A DNA stretch of 64,000 bases from Eledone cirrhosa. Lineage: Eukaryota. The stretch is taken from NCBI GenBank assembly GCA_964016885.1, contig OZ024740.1:272304001-272368000 (forward strand), given 5' to 3'. Numbering within the stretch: the stretch's first letter is position 1; the number at the start of each line of letters is the position of its first letter. The translations under genes were made by a program, and so were the position numbers. Under the pieces are notes generated by a model that was given only the letters and a program-made list of their open reading frames with translations, was not told the DNA's origin and searched no databases. Shown here piece by piece: positions 41,430 through 57,756 of this stretch.

Positions 41430-41800
41430 TACAATATATTAATAAATGGAAACTATATTTATAAAACCATATTTATTTTATTATATATATTTCAAAGTCA
41501 ACCAAGGCAAATTATGGTGCGCTTACATCAGATAAAATACAGATTTATTTTATAAATAAATATTGACATACCCGGAAAAAAGACAACCTTAACGGTTGGA
41601 GCTTCCTGGATGGTCTTTTTTCCGGGTATGTCAATATTTATTTATAAAACAAATCTGTATTTTATCTGATGAAAGCGAACCATAATTTGCCTTGGTTGCC
41701 CTTGAAATATATATAATAAAATAAATATGGTTTTATAAATATAGTTTCCAGTTATTAATATATTGTGTATTTAATCCACTAATATGTTGAGTGCTTTATA
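41430..41800. mobile_element. Fold-back HHR element (family H)
   Basis: Arms ~41430-41594 / ~41611-41768. Confidence 0.8.
41658..41723 (+). ncRNA. Type I hammerhead (family H)
   Basis: uauuuuau CUGAUGA aag..aacc/gguu..cuu GAAA U AUAU AUA auaaaaua; mirror copy has CUGAUGU. Confidence 0.75.
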
Positions 41801-41942
41801 TCAGTTCTAAAAATGTTTAAGCTTGTTGAATCGCAACAAATTAAATATAACCTCTGCATATATATATATATATATATGCGCATCTATATACATTCATTCA
41901 TATATATGTATACATATATATATATATATATATATGCACACA

Positions 41943-42302
<360 letters not shown>

Positions 42303-42308
42303 TATATA

Positions 42309-42342
<34 letters not shown>

Positions 42343-42727
42343 ATGTGTGTATGCGCTATAATTGTTTCTACTTTAGGCACAAGGCCAGCAATTACCCAGT
42401 GCATTACTGGTACTTTATTTTATCGACCCCGTAAGGATGAAAGGCAAAGTCAACCTCGGCGGGATTTGAACTCAGATCGTAAAGGGACGTAACTATGCTG
42501 GAAAGAATGGTGTATGCGCTATAATGTTTATCCGACACAGTCACACATGTACGTTTGTCAGTACACCCATTTACATATATGAATTTATGTACATTTTGAG
42601 AAGTTTATTCCCGTTCATTTATGGATCAACCGACCGGATTTTCGAATTGTTTTTCTTCTATTTCATCATTATTTAAGTGCCAATCCAATGAAGCCATCCT
42701 TGTATTCGCCCACCCAATAAAACCAAC

Positions 42728-42793
<66 letters not shown>

Positions 42794-42831
42794 TTGTGTG
42801 TGTATATATGTATATATATATGTGCGTAATA

Positions 42832-42882
<51 letters not shown>

Positions 42883-42902
42883 ATATATGTATATATGTGT
42901 GT

Positions 42903-42988
<86 letters not shown>

Positions 42989-43228
42989 GCAGATGCATAT
43001 AAATATTCACCCACCCACCCAATGAAACCTACAGTTATATATATTGTCTATATTGTATCTGTATTATTTTTGACCGCCGGTCAGTCAATGGCAACATTGA
43101 GGACCGAGTAAGTTAGATCGCAGATATATATATATAAAAGACAGCGAGAAGCGAAAACCAACCAAACAGTGAGTGTGTTCTGTTATTAATTCTGGCAATA
43201 TTACGCAAATATGACCCTCCCCAAATAT

Positions 43229-43438
<210 letters not shown>

Positions 43439-44139
43439 CTGTACATATGGAAATATACATATTTATGTATGCATTTATGAGTTTTGTGTAGTTATTCCTG
43501 AGATGATATTATGCGAGATTATGTACCGCCGTGGTGAAAATTTCGTGTGTGGATTACTGTGTTAACAAGTCGGAATTTGATTTCATAACATTGATATAAT
43601 TGCTCCTTCTTGATTTAATTCCTCGGACACACGATCAGAAAACCGTAAAATAATACATGAATTATGTATGTGAACAAATATTCCTATATATTTAAAGAAA
43701 CGTATTGAAACACACAAGCGCATGAACTAAGACACACATAGCCTATCTCTCTTTCACACACATACTCTATCACACACACATACACTCACACAGACATACA
43801 CACACAGACACAGACACACACGCACACACACATACACACACACTCACACACACATACACACGCACACACACACACACACACATACACATACACACACACG
43901 CACACACACACAGACATACACACACAGACACACACGCACACACACACTCACACACACAGAGACATACACACACAAACACAGACACACACGCACACACACA
44001 CATACATATACACACACATGCACACACACACATACACATACATACACACTCACATACATACAGACATACACACACACACATACACACATATATATATACG
44101 TTTATATATATGCATATATATATATACATATATATATAC

Positions 44140-44483
44140 CCACTCAGATGGTGGATGGGTGCTACACGAGAATGCTGAGGATGGCTCTGAACATTAATCA
44201 GTATAAACTGAGGATGAAAAACTCAGAGCTGTATGGGAGTCTCCCAAACGTCAGCTCAAAAGTGACACAGAGGAGACCGAGGTTAGCTGGACATGCTCAC
44301 CGACATCCAGAGTTGACATTGCACTCAGTGCTCCTGTGGGAGCCCCTACATGGACAGACTAGAAGAGGAAGACCAAGGTTAACGTATGTTGATGCCCTAA
44401 GGACAGACACTGGTCTGTTGGAGACGCAGGACATGGCAGTGATAATGAGGGACAGAGACCGCTGGAGAGAACTCGTCCATGGA
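44140..44483 (+). mobile_element. RTE-like LINE 3' fragment
   Basis: DGCYTRMLRMALNI..LYGSLP..RLAGH..RGRP; inserted in (TA)n. Confidence 0.85.
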
Positions 44484-44501
44484 TCTCGGGAATTTTACCC
44501 G

Positions 44502-44538
<37 letters not shown>

Positions 44539-44654
44539 CTTATATAGAGAGATATACAGATGTATATGCGCATATATATGCACATATCTTTACATATATA
44601 TGTATATATACATATAATTATGCATGTATATGTGCATAGCATATGCACATCCCC

Positions 44655-44709
<55 letters not shown>

Positions 44710-45470
44710 TATATGCCTCTGTGCATATGTATGTATATATGTATGTATGACCCCTTAGCCTTTGTCAAGGCAGAATTCTAGGAGAAAGAAAACTCTGATA
44801 TAACACCTGCAACCCTGATGGTATCCAATGATGTTGACTTGTTCTTCTTTTTGGTAAATATCATCTTGGTTAAGAGAGTGGGACTGGCTTTGTGCAGTGC
44901 CTTTGCTCACTATAAAAGCTTCACGGCACAGGCATTGCTTTATATCTGGAGATCTCTCTGCACTTGTCGTCACATGGTACCATATGCCCAGCACTATGTG
45001 TCAATAATTGTCACAAGTGTAGCGTTTGTACCAGAGTTTTCAAGTCGCTGGCTGGACTAAAAAGTCACACTCGTTCAGCGCATCGGTAGGGGTTCTCCTA
45101 CATGGATATAAAGTAGTGGTCGTACTCGAGTTGGCAGCCACCATGTATGTATGTATGTACATTTACATATGACTGCTATGTATTGTGCGTTGGGGATTAA
45201 CTATTTATATAAAATTCTAATATGTATCCATGATACTCAAACTTATTAAAATGTCTCTATATAGTGTTGCACACACATATGCGCATGCGTGCACACAATA
45301 ATATGCGCATAGACGCACAGATGCATGAGTGTCTTACTGTGTCTTCAGGTGTGAATGTGTTTCTGTGAATTTGGATTCACTTTTTGTTACATTCTAAATG
45401 TTTTAAGATGTTTTTCTATGTCTATATTCGTGTGTATAGGTCTGTGTGTTTGTAATTCCATTTGTGTATG

Positions 45471-45548
<78 letters not shown>

Positions 45549-45549
<1 letters not shown>

Positions 45550-45678
45550 CAATGAGGGTGTGGTAAGATACCAGGTGGACCATAACGCACAGAATACTCA
45601 ATACTTAGGGTAGTAGAGTAGGTAATAGGAAAAGAGTCAGGACCCCGACGGCTGAGCTCAGCCGTCGGGGTCCTGACT

Positions 45679-45682
<4 letters not shown>
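45549..45682. mobile_element. Family B fold-back element
   Basis: Palindrome axis at GCTGAGCTCAGC (~45656). Confidence 0.8.
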
Positions 45683-45752
<70 letters not shown>

Positions 45753-45843
45753 GTGTGTCTGTGTGTGTGTATGTCAGTGCTTGTGTGTATATATATAGCT
45801 GTGTCTGTATGTCAGTGTTTGTGTATATATATATATATGTATA

Positions 45844-45928
<85 letters not shown>

Positions 45929-45931
<3 letters not shown>

Positions 45932-46179
45932 ATTTAAAACTGCACTATCAACAAGTGTTTTTTTTTAGCCTTCATATCATGTTCTCCTGTTTTATCTGAT
46001 GAAAACACAAATATTATTGTTTGATGATGTTTGTTTTTGAAATGCGCATAATAAAATATATTGAACTCCTTTAACCATCTTTTGATCTTATATTATGCAT
46101 ACTCCAGTCCCACAAACTGTAGAGTGCTTCTTATCCGATATCTGCACTGCTTTATTGTACTACAATAAAACTCACCTCC

Positions 46180-46182
<3 letters not shown>
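45929..46182 (+). mobile_element. Family C PLE 3' end with hammerhead at 45989-46057
   Basis: Matches 12488-12733; (TA)n flanks. Confidence 0.85.
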
Positions 46183-46245
<63 letters not shown>

Positions 46246-46267
46246 GCCGTGTGTGCATGTCAGTGTT

Positions 46268-46299
<32 letters not shown>

Positions 46300-46325
46300 A
46301 CTGTGTGTGTATTTCAGTGTTTGTG

Positions 46326-46358
<33 letters not shown>

Positions 46359-46409
46359 TTATGTCAGTGTTTATATATATATATATAACTGTGTGTGTAT
46401 GTCAATGTT

Positions 46410-46454
<45 letters not shown>

Positions 46455-46565
46455 CTGTGTGTTTATGTCAGTGTTTATGTATATATATATAACTGTGTGT
46501 GCATGTCAGTGTTTGTGTGTGTGTGTGTATATATATATAACTGTGTGTGTATTTCAGTGTTTGTG

Positions 46566-46598
<33 letters not shown>

Positions 46599-46649
46599 TT
46601 ATGTCAGTGTTTATATATATATATATAACTGTGTGTGTATGTCAATGTT

Positions 46650-46694
<45 letters not shown>

Positions 46695-46770
46695 CTGTGT
46701 GTTTATGTCAGTGTTTATGTATATATATATAACTGTGTGTGTATGTCAGTGTTTGTGTGTATATATATAT

Positions 46771-49564
46771 TAGAGTGTGCCATAAAAAGCAAGATCACAA
46801 TACTAACGCTCCTTGTGTATTCTCCCATTATAAATGCCCCAATTGGTAAAATAAAACACATTTTGTATAAAATAAATTATTTTGAGCCTTGCCTATAACA
46901 TGGTGATTATAGTGGAAAGTGTGATTATGTTGCATGAAATCATGAAAATGTGAAAACAAATATGACCATACAATAATTGTTTATTTTATTAATCCATTAT
47001 ATTTAGTAAACCAGCTTTGAATATAAAGGCGTACAAGGAAGAAACAAGTTCAGTTAAGTTAACTCCAGTCATATTTTTTTCAGAGTATCATTTTTGAAAT
47101 CCGGGACTTTGCGACGATGAGCTTCGACTACTTGAAGAACACACTGCTTCTCCTCCTCATTCTTGGTGATGGCAACAAAATCAGTTATCAACTTGACTAT
47201 ACTCTCTCCGCCAGATCGTTGACTACCTTGATATTGTAAACAACACCACAGCCATTTTGATATGACGCTTGTGATGACCAAGTTGCAGGTGACAGCTCAA
47301 GCCAAGTATCGCCGAGACCAAGGAGATCGAACAGAAGCCTTGATTTCTTCCCAACTAGATGAGGCAGCTTCGTGGACGACTCCAGCTCGGGAAATACTGG
47401 AGCACCACGGTCAAGAGGTCCAGACGTTTTCGTTTTGACAAGATGTTGGGCTATTTGTTTCTTCTTGGACTCTTGGACCCGACTTGAAAACAGCGCTAGC
47501 GGAATGGCTTCCTCCGTCAGGTACCAAAGATGCCTGCTCAGAGCAGTAGTGGCTGCCTGCGAGAGATCTCTGTCAACCCTACTGTACTGTGTCAACTCCA
47601 CGTAGAATTGAAGGTCATTGGATGGTGCATCAGCACACTTGACTGCTGTCAGCCAGTATCGTACGTAGAACAGAGCATTGAACATACAGATCCGGCGCAA
47701 CTTTTCCATTTTAGCTTGATCGTAATTCAGTCGCTCACCAAATGCATACATCTTTGCACTATAGATGATTGTGGACATCCACCGAACGTTATGATGTGCA
47801 CCAGGCAGCATCCAATGAATTCCACGAGGCGGGGTGACACCAAGCAAGATCAACATCAACTCGGCACATTCTTGGTAGTCGTCCCGTGGAAGAGAACTCA
47901 TTTTCCCATCGTCGGATGTCAGCAAATCTTGGAGGAACTTGATGTTCTCAGAACACAGACGCCTGAGTCTCCGGTTGACAATGTTCAATGTTTTAAAGTT
48001 GGTCTTGTCCGCGAGCGACATCCAATATTTTTTGAACTCCTTGAACTCTGGGGTGCCTGGACTGGACATTGCTCCGAATAGTTGTTGCCACACTGCACAC
48101 AAGATACGCTCCATGACATGGTGCCGACAAGAAAAATAAAATAATTTTTTGTTGAGCCACTCTTCTAGTTCCACGCAGGCATCATTTTTCCATCCAGAAT
48201 TCGAAGCTGTTGTGTCGAAGACCAAGCCCACCACAGACTCATCAACATCCCAATCTTTAACAAGATCAAATGATGCTTTGGCTTGGGTGGTTCCAGTGCC
48301 ATCAGGAATTATGGGAACACCGAGGAAGTTACCTTCTCTGAAGTCCGGAGTTCCAGCAACTAGCACACCTAGCCTCTCGTGGTCACCAGGAATTACTTTG
48401 CCATCCCAATGCAAGGTAACAAAGTCTGGTACAGCAAATTGTTCCTTTATGTGTTCAACCCCCACAGTTCTGATCTTCTTAGCTGCACGTCTGCTACTAT
48501 TCTTGGAGAGAGTTGTGGCGACTATGTCAGTCCCACCCTCAGAAATAATCGATGCCATAAATGCTGTTCTCTGTCTCAGTGTCAGGTTTAAACGATTAGC
48601 CATTGGAGAAATTTTTGGACTTTGAAATGGATTCTTTGGGAGTTCCAGCTGGATTTTTCGTTTCTTGTCTGACTTTGAACTTTCTCTGGGTGGGTTTAAG
48701 GCCTGAAATTAAGAATCCTGTTCATCTTCAGTTTCATCATTGGTTGAACTTGAATCACTCAGTTCTTTACGTGGAAGTTGTGCTGCTACAGATCCTGACA
48801 AACGCTTTCTATGGTTCTCTGACTCTCGACGAGCTACAGAAACCTGATCACGCTTAAACTTTGAAGATACCTTTTTCTGGTAACCCTTGTCTTCAGCACC
48901 CACAGATACTTTTTTCTGGCAAGGCAGGGCTTCGAGAAATGTAGCATCTTCCATTTTCTGTTCATTATTACGAAGACGGTCTTTCAAAATTTTCTTTTCA
49001 GCATCAGTATGTGCAATGTAGAAATAGGAATCCAATTCAGAAATAAATAGTGCTTCCTTTTCTTTGTTTGACTTAGAACCTTTGTTTTTTTGTAAATTTC
49101 TGTATTCACTGTACATGTTCATAATTTTCAGTTTCACTTTGTCCTCTCGTTGAGTCGCCACACCAGCTTTTTCCCACTGACTAACTACTTCCATCACAAG
49201 TCTATCCGCAATAGCACCATTGAAGCTCACATGCTTTTCGTGTTTCATAGGACCATCTTTCAGGTAGAAGAAATATCTTAGAACATCCCCCTTTGTTGGT
49301 ATTTTATTTGGTGAAAAGGATGTAACATATTGCCCCAGGAGCCATATTTCTCGATCATCACAACGGAGCGAGTAGCTACAACTAGGCCAACTGGTTTCCG
49401 CCATTATTCCGCCAATTTGCAACTATTAGGCAAGACTTAAATTAGTCTGAAATAATCAAAATTACATTATAAATTGATAATATAGAAAATGGCATGAGAA
49501 AATGCATAGGGAGCTAAGAAATAAAAACACTTTTGTGTAAAATGTGGGATTCTGGAACACCCTA
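46771..49564 (-). mobile_element. hAT-superfamily (hATm-like) DNA transposon, full length
   Basis: TIRs TAGAGTGTGCCA / TGGAACACCCTA; 8-bp TSD ATATATAT; inserted into a (TA)/(TG) minisatellite that continues on both sides. Confidence 0.88.
47069..49404 (-). pseudogene. Transposase with one in-frame stop (48709-48711) and one frameshift near 47200
   Basis: LHWDGK, FDTTASNSG, CRHH, VRWMS, HLWYLTEE, VVNDLAER; ORFs 48709-49422 and 47197-48603 share a frame. Confidence 0.87.
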
Positions 49565-49620
49565 ATATATATAGCTGTGTGTGTATGTCAGTGTTTGTGT
49601 GTGTATATTTATATATATAG

Positions 49621-49674
<54 letters not shown>

Positions 49675-49761
49675 CTGTGTGTGTATGTCTGAGTTTGTGC
49701 ATATATATATAGCTGTGTGTGTATGTCAGTGTTTGTGTGTGTATATATATATATATATAGC

Positions 49762-49818
<57 letters not shown>

Positions 49819-51223
49819 CTGTGTGTATGTCAGTCTTTGTGTGTATATATACATATATATAGCTGTGTGTGTATGTTGTTGTTTAGCTTCAGGTTAGCTC
49901 TAATCAAGCAAACCTATAATGAAAGGCATTCAAGACGACATTCTCTCGTCTTTTCTCCATGGATAAGAAATTTAGGCTCACATTATCCAACTTTTCTTTT
50001 TCTAAGGCATTAGGGTGTGATTTAAGGGAGATTTGGCTGCCATTTCTAGCAAATAGAATCATTACGTATAGGTCCCTTGTTGGCTCGTGTTTCTGAAGAA
50101 GTCTACGTATTTGGCAGTATCGGTAGAAGGTCGGACGCCATGCTAAGTAGCATACAGTTACGACCCTTTACGGTCTGAGTTCAAATCCCGCCGAGGTTAT
50201 CTTTGCCTTCCATCCTTAAGGGGTCGATGAAATAAAGTACCAGTAATGTACTGGGGTCGATTTAATCGACTTTCCCTTCCCCCACGATTGCTGGCCTTGT
50301 GCCTATATAAGAAACCATTATATGTCTATACACGAATGCATAATTACATGCTTGTGTGTTGTGAGTGTGGGTCTGTGCATGTTTTTATGTGTTTGTATGT
50401 GATGTTCTTTGTATAAGAAGGTGTTTGTGCGGGTGTATGTTTGTGTTTAATTTATGTGTGTGCGTGTGTGTTTGTATGTGTGTATATGTATGTGTGTGTG
50501 TACGTGTGTGTTTGTATGTGTGTGTATATATGTGTGTGTGTATATGTGTGTGTGTATCTATGTCTGTGTGTGTGTGCGCGTATGCGTTTAATTTGTGTTC
50601 TCAAGTAGATGCATGTCTTTGGGTGTATGTATATGTGTGTGTATGTATGATGTGTATGTATGTATGTATGTGTGGTATACAGAAGTGTGATATTAATCAT
50701 GTGATCATATGTGTCGCTCCGTTTATGTGTATGTACTTCTGTTCTTGTTTGTGTCTTTTTCTATATCTGTGTCCATGTCTGTGTTTCTGTTTGTATATAT
50801 TAACGAAGTGCAAACACTCGTCTCTTAAAACACGGGGAAGAATTTTGTAGATACTAGACGTACGTATCATACAGAAGAGGAAGGGTTTAACAAACCATAC
50901 AGCAATACTATAAATATTTGAATTCATATTATTATATTTGGGCCATATAGACTTATATTTAAATTGGTTCATCGCTTTCTATGCATACTACTATCCCTTG
51001 GAGAGATTCATATTTGCTTTATATCTGTCCCGCACGCCTAATGCATAATTTCATGCATCTACAGTTGACTAGAGTTTAAGCGATAATTTGATGGACTATA
51101 ATATATAACACGTTTACGAGTTGGACATAAATTGGGTGTATAATCTCACACATCAATTGTGATAGACAATCGGTCCCAGTTACATACGATTGCGCAATTG
51201 AATTTACTTTCACTTGACGTGTT

Positions 51224-51301
<78 letters not shown>

Positions 51302-51428
51302 CACACCCACACACACAGAAGATACAGAGACACACAGATTCACAGATACAGACACATACACACCCACCCACATCCACCCACACTCACTCACACATACTTA
51401 TGTACGTACATATGTATGAATGTATATC

Positions 51429-51509
<81 letters not shown>

Positions 51510-51551
51510 ATATATATATATATAATAAGAACAAAGTGGAGGTGTTACATA

Positions 51552-51597
<46 letters not shown>

Positions 51598-51631
51598 ATA
51601 TGTTTCATACGTACACAGACACACATATATA

Positions 51632-51684
<53 letters not shown>

Positions 51685-51949
51685 TTATGCCCTTACACCT
51701 ACACATATAGACATATATAATTATATCTGAGTATATGCAAGAGTAAGGCTTTATTGAATTATCTATTGAAGTTATCTAACTCGACAAAACTACCATTTTA
51801 TTCCTCATGTATTGATGGCTTTTCTTTGATTATTTACTGGTAATAACAAAATTGTTAGATGTAATTACAAAACAGCCATCATCATCATTAATATCAGCAA
51901 CAACAACAACAACACCAATAACAACAACAATAATAATAATAATAATAAT

Positions 51950-52675
51950 AATTGTTTCTAATTTTGGCACAAGGCCAGCAAATACTCAGTGCATTACTGG
52001 TACTTTATTTTATCGACCCCCGTAAGGATGAAAGGCAAAGTTAACCTCGACGGGATTTGAACTCAGAATTGGCAAGGGCCGTAACTCTATGCGTCAAAGA
52101 ATGGCGTCCGACCCTCTACCGATACTGCCAATAATGGTTTCTGATTTAGGCACTAGGCCAGCAATTTGGGTGACGGGGAAAATCGATTACATCGACCCCA
52201 GTGCATTACTGGTACTTTATTTTATTGACCTCGTAAGGATGAAAGGCAAAGCTAACCTCGGTGGGATTTGAACTCAGGCCGTAAAGGACCGTAACTCTAT
52301 ACTGCAAAGTATCTACCGATACTGCCAATCCACCGCCCTAACAATAAAAATTGTTTCTACTTTTTGGCACAAGGTCAGCAATTACCCCAATGCATTACTG
52401 GTACTTTATTTTATCGACCCCGTAAGGATGAAAGGCAAAGTTAACCTCGGCGGGATTTGAACTCAGAATGACAAGGGCCGTAACTCTATACGTCAAAGCA
52501 TGGCGTCTGACCCTCTACTATAATGATAATAATGGTTTCTAATATAGGCACAAGGCCAACAATTTTGAGTGAGGGGAAAGTTGATTAAATCTACCTCAGT
52601 TTGTTACTGGTGCTTTATTCTATCGACCCCTAAGGATGAAAAGCAAAGCTAACCTCGGTGGGATTTGAGTTCAGA
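51950..52675 (-). mobile_element. Cluster of four same-orientation tRNA-derived SINEs
   Basis: Central domain recurs at ~52000, ~52210, ~52400, ~52610. Confidence 0.85.
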
Positions 52676-52819
52676 AAAAAATGGTTTCTTTATTAGCTAC
52701 ACAGTGCTTACATCAAGCGGACAATAAAGAAGGCACAGGACCTTAGAGTGCGGGTTTTGGGGCCCAAAACCCCCCAAATCCTGACCAGTTGATTTTTATC
52801 CGCTACCAATCCTCTATAG

Positions 52820-53038
52820 CAGGCATGTCAGACTGAGGGTCGCCCGAGCGCCACATGGGTCACACATGTGTTGTCTGAGGGCCACACACGACAACTATTT
52901 GCGCACATTGCAACTAAGTCTTAAAATTTTATATTACGAAAATAAAACATGCTCGCGCTGTAAAAACCTTTGTACGGGTCGCAGGCATGCTTGTAAAGGG
53001 CCGCATGTAGCCCGCGGGCCACATGTTTAGTATGTCTG
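52820..53038. mobile_element. hAT-Charlie-like MITE
   Basis: Ends CAGGCATG / TATGTCTG; 8-bp TSD CTCTATAG / CTTTATAG; internal GGGCC repeats. Confidence 0.65.
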
Positions 53039-53301
53039 CTTTATAGAACGCCAATGTGGTGTTTCCAGCCATCGTACTGTCCTATTGGCAGAGAGCTGTG
53101 AAGACATTCTAGTTTCTAAGCGCTCCCTCCTTGATTTCGGTCTTCACTTGACCCAGGTATTTAGCTCCTTGAAGCTGACGTTAGATGAGACATTACATGG
53201 GCCATTGGAAACATTGTAAAAAATAACAGTTACAGACGCTAAAACGTTTCTTTAAGTCCAAACGGCATTCAAGAAACTTTATTTTATAAGCACTTTATAA
53301 A

Positions 53302-53508
53302 ATCATCATCATCATCATCATCCTCATCCTCATCCTCATCATCATCATCATCACAATCACCATCACCATCCTCATCATCATCATCATCATCACAATCACC
53401 ATCACCATCACCACCATCATCATCATCACCATCATCACCACCATCATCATCATCACCACCGTCATCATCACCACCACCATCACCATCATCACCACCACCA
53501 TCATCATC

Positions 53509-53558
<50 letters not shown>

Positions 53559-53559
53559 T

Positions 53560-53590
<31 letters not shown>

Positions 53591-53811
53591 ACATCCATCT
53601 TCCACGCTAGCATGGGTTGGACGGTTTTGTCGCACTTGAGCGAGATACGGTCTCCCGACCAATCTCGCCTCAATTGCGACAAAACCGTCTAACCCATGCT
53701 AGCGTGGATGATGAACGTTAAACGATGACGATGATGATGATGATGATGGTGGTGATGATGATGGTGGTGATGATGATGGTGATGATGATGATGGTGATGA
53801 TGATGATGATG
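53302..53811. repeat. Inverted pair of retroposon 3' tails with (CAT)n and (GAT)n extensions
   Basis: CCACGCTAGCATGGGTTGGACGGTTTTGTCGCA vs TGCGACAAAACCGTCTAACCCATGCTAGCGTGG. Confidence 0.8.
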
Positions 53812-54527
53812 ACTTGGGCTGTATTGGTAATACAGTACTGTACTGGGATCCTCAAGTCAAGTGGACTAAGGCTAAGGCTGATGAGATGGACCCGTCAACA
53901 AGTAAATTAATTGTTTTTATTTTTGGCACAAGGCCAGCAAATTACCCAGTGTATTACTGGTACTTTATTTTATCGACCCCGTAAGGATGAAAGGCAAAGT
54001 TAACCTCGGCGGGATTTGAACTCAGAATGGCAAGGGCCGTAACTCTATGCGTCAAATCATGGCGTCCAACCCTCTACCAATACTGCCAATCCACCGCCAA
54101 ACAAGTCAATTAATGGCCATGTATAAGACATTACATCCAAAAGCAAGAGTAAATTGGCTTTACGTTCTCAGTTCAAATACCACTGAGGTTAGCTTTGTCA
54201 TTGATCCTTACTGAGATCGATAAAATAAAGTACCTTCAACTCTCTTGACTATCTCATAAAGATGAAGACGGTAAATAAGATCATAATCATAATCATTATC
54301 ATCATGGTGATGGTGATGATGATGATGATGGTGATGGTGATGATTATCATAATCGTTGTCGTCATCATCACCATCATCATCTTCATCACCATCATTACCA
54401 CCATCATTACCACCATCATCATCATTACCACCCTCATTACCACCATCATCATCATCACCATCGTCGTCATCATCACCATCGTCACCATCATCACCATCAT
54501 CATCATCACCATCACCACCACCGCCAC

Positions 54528-54564
<37 letters not shown>

Positions 54565-54637
54565 GTCGTCGTCACTGCCACCCCCCCCCACACCACCACC
54601 ACCACCATCACCCCCACTACCACCACCACTAACTCAC

Positions 54638-55360
<723 letters not shown>

Positions 55361-55602
55361 GGTGAAGGCGTGTGGCTGAGTGGTTAGGGAATTGGATTCG
55401 CAATCGTAAGGTTGTGAGTTCGATTCCTGGACCAGGCGATGCGTTATGTCCTTGAGCAAGACACTTTATTTCACGTTGCTCCTTCTACCTGGAGTTGCGA
55501 CCGATAGATAGTATTAGCAATTGGAAAGACCAACGGCAACATTGTTCCCTCGGTCCGATTTAACAAAAAAAAAGCCGATCTTAAAAAATATGTGTGTGTG
55601 TG

Positions 55603-55817
55603 TAAGTATGTATGTATGTATACATACATATATGTATACAGACGTACAGTAGTATGTATATATATACATGCACACATATATATATGCACGTATCGGTTTA
55701 CCGAACATTTATTATAATGCTCGGTTTATTTGTTCCTATTACCCACTCTACTACCCTAAGTATTGAGTACTTTGGTGCATTATGGTCCACCTGGTTCCTT
55801 ACCACATTTCCTTCGTT
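55603..55817. mobile_element. Chimera of family A fragment (55603-55727) and family B 3' end (55730-55817)
   Basis: Direct junction of the two families, no (TA)n spacer. Confidence 0.75.
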
Positions 55818-55838
55818 ATATATATATAGATAGATAGA

Positions 55839-57259
55839 TACTGGCCGATAAGCTCGCTTCCAGCTAACTCCTGTGTAAAGCTTGAAAATGTTCGCTTACG
55901 CAAACATTTTTATATTCTATTTCGTTAAAAAAAATAATTCTAATGAAAGAAGACTAAATCATTTTAGAAAAAATGTAGAAAAACAATTTATTTTAGATAA
56001 ATTTAATGCTACATAAATGATTAAATTTGACGAAAAACTTCACAAAATAGCTAAAAATAGCCGAAAAAGAGAAGAAAAGATCAAATAAAAAATTTAACAA
56101 AATCAAAAGATAACACAACCTCTATGCCCTACAAAATGAAAAATTAAATGAAATAAATAATAAAATGAAATAAAAATTTGATCAAATAAAAATTGAAATC
56201 AAATATATAACGACACCAAAAATAAATGAACAAAGAAAAATAAAAAATAAATGAAATAAAGGATGAAATAAAAAATCTCACAAAATTAAAAAAATTTCTA
56301 TGAATGAAATAAAAATGTCGAAGAAAAATATTAGACGAAATCAACATCTATCTACTGAAGTGACTTGGTATCGTAGGCTCCCTTCGGTCACGAATGGCAA
56401 TTGTTTTGTAACTAGACAGTTCCCCCGCTGAGGCACAAGTCTAAGCAATATGTGTTTGTGGACACCAGTAGTCGTCCATGCATGCTAGTCTACCTTCTCC
56501 AACGCCACTCATGTTGCCCAATGGAAGGCAATGGCCGATACAGCTTGGCACCATTGACGTTTCAACTCATTTCTACAGTTGAGTGAACTGGAGTAATGTG
56601 AAATAAAATGTTTGCTCAAAAACACAACACACCACCGGTCTGGGATTCGAACTCAAAACTCACGCGCTTTCTCTAGTACCTTGATAGAAACAATGTTATT
56701 TGTTCTATTTTATATACACAAGCAGAAAAACCACCCTCTGGGTGGTTTTCTGCTAGCATGTGTAGTGTGTATATTATACACAAGTATATATACATGTAGA
56801 TATGATACATCAAATAAAATCGTAATTGACAATATAAACAGAAATTGAACGAAGACGTGGTTACACTGTCTTATGTAATCAGTAACGTAATCCATGATAC
56901 ATTAAAAAAAGACGATATTATATATAACCTGCATTAGGAGAAAATTAGTGACAGAAAATTAGTATGTTTATTTAAGTGATCGCCACCGGAAGTGTTGACA
57001 TCACACACTCTTTCTTTCAATATATATGGTAGTTGAAGTGGTGGGGTGGTGGAAACGGTATACCGGAAGTGCAACTTTGAAAAGAAGTCAATTTTAAATT
57101 ATTTATTTTTACGAAATTATTTTTGTTTACGAAATTTAGTAGATAAATTATGTAATATTCATTCATTATTTATTCAAAGTAATCCAAATTATTTTACTAA
57201 CGGGATAAAAAAATAAACCGTACGCAGTCCCGCAGACCTTCCTTTATTATAGTTTAGAT
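55839..57259 (-). mobile_element. Possible non-autonomous Helitron with nested SINE
   Basis: Minus-strand 5' TCTAAACTATAATAAAG and 3' GC-richer segment ending CCAG-T; no ORF. Confidence 0.35.
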
Positions 57260-57756
57260 TAAGAATAAACAAATTAGCAGGAATTTCAAGTCTTGAGCAA
57301 TCAACGTATAGCGGTCCATGTGAAAAGCAAGCTGATGCAAGATTAAGGCCATCGAACTATTTACATATATTTTCCATATATTTATTAATATTTTATATTT
57401 TGTAATTTTTATGGTTTCTTATACATAGTTATACCACATTTGTCTACCCCTTTCTCTCACTATCAAACTACTTCCTCTATCTGATTACTGATCTTTTTAA
57501 TAACGGTTATATTGTGAAGAAAATACCATTCTTTTTTTCTACGTTTTTGCCAATCGATACTTGCTATCGTATTTAAATATCCTTACCGTGACTGTTAAAT
57601 ACAAATATTTTGTTCCATTTGTTTTTACAATCATTTAAAGACCGGAAGCAAGGATTTGTGAAGTTAATTTTCAAATAGAATATAAAAATGTACTTTCCTC
57701 TCTTTTGTTTTCACTTTCGTGTACACTTAATTGTTTACATTATCTACATTTATATG

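Noticed and set aside
47372-48857. Plus-strand ORFs of 66-183 aa
   Set aside because: Antisense shadows of the transposase
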